DNA of 44,857 nt from Clostridia bacterium (GTDB lineage Bacteria; Bacillota; Clostridia; Oscillospirales; CAG-272): NCBI GenBank assembly GCA_017483125.1, contig JAFULU010000002.1, positions 1-44,857 on the forward strand, in the 5' to 3' direction. This document shows, in pieces, positions 35,651 to 42,924 of this stretch (the stretch's first letter is position 1; the number at the start of each line of letters is the position of its first letter). The notes below the pieces were generated by a model, which was not told the DNA's origin, searched no databases, and saw only the letters and a list, made by a program, of their open reading frames with translations. The position numbers and the translations under genes are program-made.

Positions 35651-36007
35651 TCAATTCCCGCCATCATATCGGTGGCGGCTCAGGGCGTCCTCGGCTTCCT
35701 CCAGGAAAGCTTCTTCTCCAAGAGTGTTCATCTTGAAGAACATGGCCTGGGAGCCGCCTGCCGTGATAGCGGAGGCGTAGATGCGACGGTCGCCGTAGTC
35801 CTGATACAGAGTGATGGTCAGGCTGAGGCGGTTCCCGCCCCAGAAGCTATAGCGCTCGAAAACGTACACCGCGCATCGGCCATCCTTGGTGCGGAAATCA
35901 CTGGAATCCTCGAGGGATGATGTTACGCTCCCCCCTCGGATACAGTGGGAAATATCCTCCGCAATGCGGTCGAAGCTTCCTTGCAGGATCATTTCCAATT
36001 TAGCCAT
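35651..36007 (-). CDS. Hypothetical 118-aa soluble protein (possibly DUF6054-like; needs an HMM check)
   Basis: ORF starts 15 nt after the SPFH stop with an aaaagga SD; no TM or signal peptide. Confidence 0.6.
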   Translation of the reverse strand: MAKLEMILQGSFDRIAEDISHCIRGGSVTSSLEDSSDFRTKDGRCAVYVFERYSFWGGNRLSLTITLYQDYGDRRIYASAITAGGSQAMFFKMNTLGEEAFLEEAEDALSRHRYDGGN

Positions 36008-36022
36008 ATTTGGTTATCCTTT

Positions 36023-37072
36023 TCAGACATTGGTGGGATTCGCCTTGGGGGCTACCTTCTTGGGAGCGGGAGCCACGGGAGCGGCGGGAGCCTTCTCGGC
36101 GGGAACGTCGGTTGCGACCTCCTTGATGGATGCCACCAGCGCGCCCACGTTCTGGATCTCGGAGGGGATGATGATCTTGGTAGCCTGACCGTTGGCGACC
36201 TTTTCCAGAGCCTCGAAGCTCTTGATGGTCAGCACGGCCTGGGAGGGACTTGCCTCGTTGATCATGCGGATACCGGCGGCGGTGGCCTCCTGCACCTGGC
36301 GGATGGCCTCGGCTTCACCCTCTGCCTCGCGGATGGCGGCTTCCTTGAGAGCCTCGGCGCGCAGGATAGCGGCCTGCTTCTCGGCCTCTGCCTTCAGAAT
36401 GGCGGCCTCCTTCTGACCCTCGGCCACCAGAATGGCGGACTTCTTCTCACCCTCGGCGCGAAGGATGGACTCACGGCGCTCACGCTCGGCCTTCATCTGC
36501 TTCTCCATGGCGTCCTGGATCTCCTTGGGAGGGATGATGTTCTTCAGCTCCACGCGGGTGACCTTGATACCCCAAGGATCGGTGGCCTCGTCCAGAATGG
36601 CGCGCATCTGGGTGTTGATGAGGTCGCGGGAGGTCAGGGTTGCGTCCAGCTCCAGCTCACCGATGATGTTACGGAGGGTGGTGGAGGTCAGGTTCTCGAT
36701 TGCGGTCATGGGGGTGGTGTGACCGTAGGCGTAGAGCTTACAGTCGGTGATCTGGAAGAAGACGACCGTGTCGATCTGCATACGGACGTTGTCCTTGGTG
36801 ATCACGGGCTGGGGCGGAAAGTCGGCTACCTGCTCCATGAGGTTGATCTTCTTGGCGACCTTCTGGAAGAAGGGGATGGTGAACTTGATACCACCCGTCT
36901 GCCAGGTCTTACGGTAGGAGCCGAGGTGCTCGACCACGTAGGCCTTGCCCTGGGGCACGACGTGCATATTGGCGATACAGATGATGGCGAGTACCGCGAT
37001 CACGGCAACAATGATGATGATAGGAGCGGGATTGCCGGCGAGGGCAAGGGTGAGTGCTTGAAGCTGAAGCAT
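36023..37072 (-). CDS. SPFH/band-7 (stomatin/QmcA-like) membrane protein
   Basis: N-terminal TM, VPQGKAYVVEHLGSYRKTW, GIKVTRVELKNIIPP, Ala/Glu coiled coil AEGEKKSAILVAEGQKEAAILKAEAEKQAAILRAEA. ATG at 37072 follows gaaaggaaa. Confidence 0.9.
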   Translation of the reverse strand: MLQLQALTLALAGNPAPIIIIVAVIAVLAIICIANMHVVPQGKAYVVEHLGSYRKTWQTGGIKFTIPFFQKVAKKINLMEQVADFPPQPVITKDNVRMQIDTVVFFQITDCKLYAYGHTTPMTAIENLTSTTLRNIIGELELDATLTSRDLINTQMRAILDEATDPWGIKVTRVELKNIIPPKEIQDAMEKQMKAERERRESILRAEGEKKSAILVAEGQKEAAILKAEAEKQAAILRAEALKEAAIREAEGEAEAIRQVQEATAAGIRMINEASPSQAVLTIKSFEALEKVANGQATKIIIPSEIQNVGALVASIKEVATDVPAEKAPAAPVAPAPKKVAPKANPTNV

Positions 37073-37172
37073 AACTGTTTCCTTTCTGACGGATGAACCG
37101 TCCTGCGTGATTCCGTGGAGGTGCTTCCCTGCCACGAAAGGTATACTGACTTAACGGGTGTGCGTGAGGTGT

Positions 37173-37664
37173 TTACTCTTTGCTGCGGCAGATGATCTTG
37201 GAGCCCTCCACACGGACGATCTCCACCCACTCGCCTTTCGCGGCGGTCTGCCCGGGATCCTCCATGCGAGCGGTCCAAAGCTGTCCGTTGACCTTCACCA
37301 CGCCTGTGGGAACGGCGTTGTTCACGGCTTCCTCCACCTGTACGGCGCGGCCTGCCAGAGCGTCCACGTTGGTGGGGACAATCTTGCTTCGTCTCCGCAT
37401 CATGGGGCGGAAAACCGTAAAGGAGAGGATCATGCCCACCACGGTGACTCCGATAAAGACGGCCAGCTGGATCCAGAATTCCACTCCAAAGAAGGAGAGG
37501 ATCAGGGCCACGATGGCACCGGGAGCGAACCAGATGGAAATGAGGTCGGCGGTTTGGCTCTCGATCACCAGAGTGAGGACAATGACTCCGAACCAAGCCA
37601 GAGGAACGAGGATGTTTGACCAATCGATCTCCGCGGCCCAAAGCGCGGTATTCTCAAGGATCAT
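37173..37664 (-). CDS. NfeD-family membrane protein (OB-fold partner of SPFH proteins)
   Basis: 3-4 TM segments plus C-terminal GVVKVNGQLWTAR...GEWVEIVRVEGSKIIC. ATG at 37664 follows gaaaggagg. Confidence 0.85.
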   Translation of the reverse strand: MILENTALWAAEIDWSNILVPLAWFGVIVLTLVIESQTADLISIWFAPGAIVALILSFFGVEFWIQLAVFIGVTVVGMILSFTVFRPMMRRRSKIVPTNVDALAGRAVQVEEAVNNAVPTGVVKVNGQLWTARMEDPGQTAAKGEWVEIVRVEGSKIICRSKE

Positions 37665-37724
37665 ACGTATGCCTCCTTTCACGTTAGCGTATTCATCCAA
37701 CACGTTATCTTGGATTGTGATTTG

Positions 37725-37753
37725 ATTATACCACACAATCACTTGATTGTCAA
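37725..37753 (-). promoter_or_regulatory. Perfect consensus extended -10 promoter (TTGACA-17-TGgTATAAT) for nfeD, overlapped by palindromes
   Basis: Plus-strand TGTCAA 37748-37753 and ATTATA 37725-37730. Palindrome caatcacttgattg at 37736-37749. Inverted repeat gattgtg 37713-37719 / cacaatc 37734-37740. Confidence 0.65.
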
Positions 37754-37844
37754 TAGGATTTGCAAAATTTTCTCAAAAACTTTTTCAGTCACTATCAACT
37801 TCCCTGCTAATACTATTTATCAAATAAAAGCTTGATTTACATTT

Positions 37845-37944
37845 GCCCTCTCCGTCACACCTACGGCGTGCCACCTCCCCCAAAGTGGGAGGCTTTTGAG
37901 AGGCTCTCCCTGTGGGAGAGCTCCCGCGAAGCGGGTGAGAGGGC
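37845..37944. repeat. Second copy of the compound palindromic repeat (unit C 37845-37893, 8-nt spacer, unit D 37902-37944)
   Basis: The reverse complement of unit D equals 856-898 at 42/43 positions; the single mismatch lies in a hairpin loop. Ends are gccctctc...gagagggc. Confidence 0.85.
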
Positions 37945-37977
37945 TAAACAAGTTCAAGGTTTTAAAAGCAAAATAGT

Positions 37978-38009
37978 ATAAAAACCCCCCCACCCTTGCG
38001 GGTGGAGGG
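37978..38009 (-). terminator. Terminator of the giant lipoprotein gene
   Basis: Minus strand: ccctccaccc-gcaa-gggtggggggg followed by tttttat. Confidence 0.75.
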
Positions 38010-38061
38010 ATCATTTGTTTTGCTTCAGCAGTCAGGCTTCACAGCCTCACGGAGCGGGAAA

Positions 38062-41000
38062 TTACTTCTTGCCGCCGCCGATGATCTCATAGGTGGCATC
38101 AACGTTGCCCCAAGGATTGATGATGAGGGTCTGACCTGCGTCAACGACCACAACGTACTTCATAGCACCCTCGTCCTTGTCCCAATCCATATAATCGCCC
38201 ATGAAGGTGATGAGACCGCCCTCGGTATAGGTGATCTCCAGCTTGACCACATCGGTTGCGGTGTAGGAGTAGTACAGATCGTGAATGCCGGTGCCGTTAA
38301 TGGTCAGAGGCAGAGAGGTGATGATGTAGGGGTTAGCCTGGGTACCGTCGGGATCGCCGGTGGGAACGTCGGGATCCTCGGGGATCTCGGGCTCCTCGGG
38401 GGTCTCCAGCTCAACCACCAGACCGTAGGTGCCTGCACCGGACAGCAGGAAGGTACCCAGCTTGACGGTGTAGGTGCCGGGGGTCAGGTAAGCGGTACCG
38501 GTGCCGACCATCATGCCCAGATCGTTGTAGATCTGTGCGAAGAAGTCGCCGCGGAAGGTGTAGTTACCCTCGGTCTCGATGACCAGGATAGCATCAACAC
38601 CCTGATTAGCCAGAATGGTATCGGTCACCTCAACGTTGTTTTGACCAACAACCAGAGTGATCTGCTCAACAACGGGATCCTCGGGATCGGGCTCGTCGCC
38701 GCCGCCGACCTCACCCTCAACGAAGGTGTAGGTGATGGTCCAATCGCCCTTGGTGAATGCGCCGACCAGGAACTTGAACTCCTCGCCTGCGGCCAGAGCC
38801 ACGGTGACGTCGCCGCCATCGGGGGCAAAGTTATAATCCAGCTCGGGATCGCCCCAGCTGTTGTAGGAAGCGATGCTCCACATACCCAGACCTGCAGGGA
38901 GAGTGAAGGTGTAGTTACCGGCAGCGTCGGCAACGAATGTGTACTCGTCGAACCAGCCGTAGGTATCGGTGGTGGTCACCTGGATCTCGTTAGCGGCAGG
39001 CTCGTCGGGAGTCTCGGGCTCGCTGGCGGCAGTACCGTAAACGGTGATGTCGCTGAAGCGGGTCTGTGCAACGGTGCTCTCAACGGTGAAGAAGTCAACA
39101 GGCTCCGCGAAGATAATGGTAGAAACCATGCCCTCGTAGGAAGCGGTGATGTTGGCGTCACCCAGAGCCTGAACGGCCTCGATGAACACCTTGGCGTAGT
39201 TCTCGGTGGGATGGTTGATGACGATCTTGGAAAGACCGGCATACTCGAAGGAGACGATGTGGTTCTTGTAGACGCGGATGGGGTTGGAATACTGCTCAGG
39301 CTTGAACTGAGAAGAGGTGTTCTTGAAATGAGAGAAGATCAGACCGTCTTTGGTGAAGGCCTGCATCTCGTCGGAAAGCTCGGTGCGGTAGTCACCGACA
39401 GTCTCGTTGAACTCCAGAGTGGTGGAGGTGATAACGGGAGCATCGGGATCCACGTAGTCGGGATCGGCTGCGCCGCAGATGCCGCAAGTGCCGTCAACGT
39501 AGTTGTGGCCGGTGGCCTCAACGATGTTATCGGTGTAGGAGTGACCGCAAGCGCAGGTGTAGGTGGTGTAACCGTTCTCGGTACAGGTGGGATCGGTCAC
39601 GACGCCCTCGTCGTAGCTATGCTCGTGAGGAGGAGGAACGTCAGCCCACTGAGCCAGGAACTGGGTAACACCGACGTTAGCGGCGTTGTCACCGGTGATG
39701 AAGCTGATCCAAGAGGAGCTGATCGTTTCGAATGTGTTATACGTGCCCAGGTATGCATAGTCGTTGCATCCCTCGAGCCAAGTGATCCAAGTGTTGGCAT
39801 CTTCGCTCCACTGATAGAAAGTAGGAGCGGGCTCGGTGGTGATGTGAACACCCTTCTTGCCGGTCTGGTACTCATAGATCTCGACGTAGTTCTTTGCGTC
39901 GTCGACCAGGAAGTACATTCTGTAGCCACCCTCAACCTTCTCACTGTACATCTTGACAGCATCAACAATGTTAGTGGACATGGCCAGGAAGTTACCAGAC
40001 ATCTGACCATTGAAGTACAGAGTCTTCTGGGTGTTACCCTGGTACAGGCTCAGAATAAACTCGGAGGGCATCTCGGGGGTCTCGGGGACCTCGGGCTCAT
40101 CGGCCTTGTGCAGGTTGTTGTAGTACTTCTCGGCAGCCTCAGCGGAGTTGAAGAATGCCACGTACTCAACGTCCATGTAGTCGCCCTCAACACCCTGACC
40201 GGTGAAGAAGTCGAAGCGGCAGTAGTTGATGAGGTTGTTCTGGATGGAAGTCAGACCGCAGTTGGCCAGATCCAGAACGGTGTGGTTCCACTGCTGATCC
40301 TCGTTCCAAGCCACGGGGGTGACGTCACCGTTACCGGACCAGCCTGCGCCGGAGCCGATGAAGACGTGAGCGTCCAGACCGCAATTGGTGCGATAGGAGA
40401 ATGCCATGTAGGGAGGCAGCTCCAGCATGGAGCCGATGTTGACCAGAGCCACGTAGGGATCGCCGCCGCCAGTGGTCAGACGGACGAAGGTGATCTCATC
40501 CTCGGTCTTGACCTCGGAGGTGGCGATGTGCTGGGTGATGGTCTGGCCGCCGGTGGACAGAGCCTGGCCGTTGATGAACTCAGGGGTCAGGACCAGCACG
40601 GGGGCATCGGGATCCACAGGCTCGGGTTCCTCGGGAGTCTCAACTTCCAGAGCGGGAACCTCAATGGCGGAGTAACCGCCAACGGCCACGGAATCAAACT
40701 TGAAGGAGCCGGCGCGAGCCACGAAACCGACCTGGCACTGGCAGGTAGCGGCGATCAGGGTGTTCTCGATGGTCTCGGTGGTGCCGTCCTTCAGGGTGAT
40801 GACGGCCTTCTCGGCGAACTCACCTGCGGGATCAACCTCGTTGATGTCGCCGTAGGCGATGGAGCCGGACAGCTCGATGGTGGCGTAGGTGACACCGTCA
40901 ACCAGGACGGAGACCTTGGAGCCGTTGTCAGCGAGAGTCAGCTCGGAGCCGGCAGCGTCGATGAAGTACATCTTGTTGCCGACGCGGGTGATGGACTCGG

Positions 41001-42687
41001 GGTTGTAGTACTTGATCATGAGGAACAGCTTGCCGCCCTGGAGACGTGCGTAGATACCTGCACCGCCCATAGCGCCTGCGCTGTCGGTCTCATAGTAGTT
41101 GTTGATCTTGTAGAAGCCGCCTGCGGGATCGAACTTCTCCACGATCTCGTCAGAGTTCACGACCCTGTAGCCGCGGGCGAACATCCAGCCGGCAGCGTTG
41201 CTGTCGATGACGTTAGCCTTGATGAAGTAGCGGCCGTTCACATCAGCGTACATATCGTTGATGGAGGTCAGGTGGTACAGCTTACCCTCGCCGTTGGCCT
41301 CAACGCCGGAGCCGGGCAGAGGCAGCTCGGGGACGAAGAAGTTGCCAAGGTCGGAGGCATCCATGGTGGTGCCGATCTCGTTGGCGTTCACGTCGGACAC
41401 GAAGCTGTCGGTGATGTCCTTGGGCAGCTCGGGCAGATCAATGGTGATCTCTGCGCGGAGCTGGACCACGGTACCGTCAGCCAGCTTGACTACGAAGCCC
41501 ACGAAGTGATCGTCGCCCTCCAGGTACTCCAGAGGAACCTTGATCTCGAAGCGGGATGCGAACTCGCCGCCTGCACCCAGGACACCGTCCTCGGTGGCAG
41601 TCTTGAACTCGCCGTAGACGAACTCATAGTTGTCCACGTAGTAGCCGAAGGAATCCATAGCCTGATCGAAGCCGATCCAGCCGCGGAGGGTGATGCTTTG
41701 AAGCTCAGCGGCGGAAGCGAAGGTCAGGGTGTTGTTGATCTCATCCAGCTTACCGCCTGCGTTGCCGTCCTCGGGGAAGTACATCTGGCCGTTGACGTAG
41801 AAGGTGTCAAAGGAGTTGTTCTTCATACCGGCGTCGGAGGGCTGGGAGAAGGGAGGATACTGCTCAAAGTCATACTTCTGAGCGGCCTCGGGGGACTGGA
41901 AGAAGCCGATGTAGGCAACGTCGATGGAGCAGCCCTCGGGCAGAGAATATCTTGCCCAGGAGCCATCCTCGTTCTTGTAGGTCTCGCCGTTCTCGTTCAG
42001 CTTGTAGCCGGCCTCAAGAGCGTCGAAGCGGAAGTAGGAGACGTACTTACCGTCGTACTTACCTGCGTCGATGAGGGACTGGGTGTCGAAAATTGCAATG
42101 TGCCACTCGCTGTCGGCAACGACGGGCTGACGCAGCATGGTGCTGTCGTCGGAGGGGCCGCCGCCGGTGGAGCCGATATACATCTGGATATCAGCGCCGG
42201 TAGCATCGGTGCGGTAACGGATCGCAACGTAGCGGGCACCATCTACGCCTGCGAAGGGATAGTAGTAGGGATCGGGACCGATGGGCACGATGTGCACGAA
42301 GCCGTCCTCAAGGGTCACACCATCCTGGGTCAAGTGGCCGGGATCGCTGCCGGTAACGGTCTGGATGTCTTCAGCATCGAACACGTTCACGGGCTCCATG
42401 GGATCCTTGGTCTCAGGCTCTGTGGGAGGCTCAGTGGGTTTCTCAGTGGGCTTCTCGGTGGGTTTTTCGGTAGGAGCGTCGGTAGGCTCCTCTGTAGGAG
42501 GCTCGGTAGGCTCTCCCGTGGGGGTCTCGGGGTCGGTAGGCTCCTCGGTGGGATCCTCGCCCTGAGTGGGCTCTTCGGTGGTCTGATCGTCTACGGTCGT
42601 GTCTTCGTTAGGTTTTTTATCCTGACAAGCCACGAAAACCATAGTCAGCGCCAGCAGAAGGGCAAGAAGAACGAATAGTTTCTTCAT
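38062..42687 (-). CDS. Giant (1541 aa) multidomain surface lipoprotein with no recognisable catalytic domain
   Basis: ATG at 42687 follows gaaaggaag. Signal/lipobox MKKLFVLLALLLALTMVFVAC. PT/E linker aa 28-96. Duplicated modules of about 170 aa. Cys/His knuckle. Three C-terminal beta-sandwich-like modules. The 71 codons upstream in the listed ORF (to 42900) cover the promoter. Confidence 0.85.
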   Translation of the reverse strand: MKKLFVLLALLLALTMVFVACQDKKPNEDTTVDDQTTEEPTQGEDPTEEPTDPETPTGEPTEPPTEEPTDAPTEKPTEKPTEKPTEPPTEPETKDPMEPVNVFDAEDIQTVTGSDPGHLTQDGVTLEDGFVHIVPIGPDPYYYPFAGVDGARYVAIRYRTDATGADIQMYIGSTGGGPSDDSTMLRQPVVADSEWHIAIFDTQSLIDAGKYDGKYVSYFRFDALEAGYKLNENGETYKNEDGSWARYSLPEGCSIDVAYIGFFQSPEAAQKYDFEQYPPFSQPSDAGMKNNSFDTFYVNGQMYFPEDGNAGGKLDEINNTLTFASAAELQSITLRGWIGFDQAMDSFGYYVDNYEFVYGEFKTATEDGVLGAGGEFASRFEIKVPLEYLEGDDHFVGFVVKLADGTVVQLRAEITIDLPELPKDITDSFVSDVNANEIGTTMDASDLGNFFVPELPLPGSGVEANGEGKLYHLTSINDMYADVNGRYFIKANVIDSNAAGWMFARGYRVVNSDEIVEKFDPAGGFYKINNYYETDSAGAMGGAGIYARLQGGKLFLMIKYYNPESITRVGNKMYFIDAAGSELTLADNGSKVSVLVDGVTYATIELSGSIAYGDINEVDPAGEFAEKAVITLKDGTTETIENTLIAATCQCQVGFVARAGSFKFDSVAVGGYSAIEVPALEVETPEEPEPVDPDAPVLVLTPEFINGQALSTGGQTITQHIATSEVKTEDEITFVRLTTGGGDPYVALVNIGSMLELPPYMAFSYRTNCGLDAHVFIGSGAGWSGNGDVTPVAWNEDQQWNHTVLDLANCGLTSIQNNLINYCRFDFFTGQGVEGDYMDVEYVAFFNSAEAAEKYYNNLHKADEPEVPETPEMPSEFILSLYQGNTQKTLYFNGQMSGNFLAMSTNIVDAVKMYSEKVEGGYRMYFLVDDAKNYVEIYEYQTGKKGVHITTEPAPTFYQWSEDANTWITWLEGCNDYAYLGTYNTFETISSSWISFITGDNAANVGVTQFLAQWADVPPPHEHSYDEGVVTDPTCTENGYTTYTCACGHSYTDNIVEATGHNYVDGTCGICGAADPDYVDPDAPVITSTTLEFNETVGDYRTELSDEMQAFTKDGLIFSHFKNTSSQFKPEQYSNPIRVYKNHIVSFEYAGLSKIVINHPTENYAKVFIEAVQALGDANITASYEGMVSTIIFAEPVDFFTVESTVAQTRFSDITVYGTAASEPETPDEPAANEIQVTTTDTYGWFDEYTFVADAAGNYTFTLPAGLGMWSIASYNSWGDPELDYNFAPDGGDVTVALAAGEEFKFLVGAFTKGDWTITYTFVEGEVGGGDEPDPEDPVVEQITLVVGQNNVEVTDTILANQGVDAILVIETEGNYTFRGDFFAQIYNDLGMMVGTGTAYLTPGTYTVKLGTFLLSGAGTYGLVVELETPEEPEIPEDPDVPTGDPDGTQANPYIITSLPLTINGTGIHDLYYSYTATDVVKLEITYTEGGLITFMGDYMDWDKDEGAMKYVVVVDAGQTLIINPWGNVDATYEIIGGGKK
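42400..42606 (-). repeat. Low-complexity coding repeat (PT/E linker, including TEKP x3)
   Basis: EEPTQGEDPTEEPTDPETPTGEPTEPPTEEPTDAPTEKPTEKPTEKPTEPPTEPE; tandem DNA periodicity at 42412-42474. Confidence 0.8.
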
Positions 42688-42759
42688 GGGGGGTACTTCC
42701 TTTCTTAGATTTTTGGGGTGACAACCACAAAAAGCGGCCACCCCGGGATGCCCGAAAAT

Positions 42760-42788
42760 ATTGTACCATAAAACCGTGTTTTTTTCAA
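42760..42788 (-). promoter_or_regulatory. Sigma-A promoter of the giant gene (TTGAAA-17-TGgTACAAT on minus strand)
   Basis: Plus-strand TTTCAA 42783-42788 and ATTGTA 42760-42765. Confidence 0.55.
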
Positions 42789-42869
42789 GTCTTTCCTTCT
42801 TTTTTGTGTTTGATTTTACCAAATTTGTCAACTTGCACAATCCGCAAGCAATGTTTTTTACACATAGAT

Positions 42870-42909
42870 AAAAACAAAAAAACATCCCGCCACGTTTCAT
42901 GACGGGATG
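42870..42909 (-). terminator. Terminator of gene 42925..43617
   Basis: catcccg...cgggatg stem; the minus strand continues tttttttgttttt. Confidence 0.65.
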
Positions 42910-42924
42910 GTTGTAAAACCACGT

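Noticed and set aside
856-37944. The 37-kb segment bounded by inverted copies of the repeat, considered as a composite transposon or genomic island
   Set aside because: The interior is core housekeeping (tig-clpPX, thrC, lepB-rbgA-rnhB, murB-whiA) in standard synteny. It holds no transposase, integrase or tRNA attachment site, and I see no target-site duplication. The repeats are better explained as dispersed REP/MITE-like intergenic elements.
42400-42606. Short-period tandem repeats (also 2-49 and 10183-10389), considered as CRISPR-like arrays or non-coding microsatellites
   Set aside because: The units are 12-15 nt with no spacers, lie in frame inside long ORFs and translate to Pro/Thr/Glu linkers straight after signal peptides. 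They are coding low-complexity regions.
37996-42678. A 1560-aa ORF on the plus strand, antisense to the giant lipoprotein gene
   Set aside because: It is exactly codon-registered with the minus-strand gene (38062-37996=66, a multiple of 3). It therefore stays open simply because the sense gene avoids TTA, CTA and TCA codons, as expected with strong GC3 bias. Its product is Gly/Val/Leu/Asp-rich low-information sequence with no SD or promoter. The sense strand has SD, lipobox, promoter and terminator.
42688-42900. N-terminal extensions of listed ORFs: 38062..42900, 29086.., 3605.., 4844.., 31288.., 32897.., 36023..37135, 37173..37742, 14356..15174, 2489..3409, 4441..4959, 14824..15450
   Set aside because: In each case an internal ATG or GTG lies 5-9 nt downstream of a GAAAGGAG-like SD and gives a canonical N-terminus (signal peptide, HTH, DxH motif and so on). 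The extension overlaps promoter or terminator elements or the opposite-strand gene.
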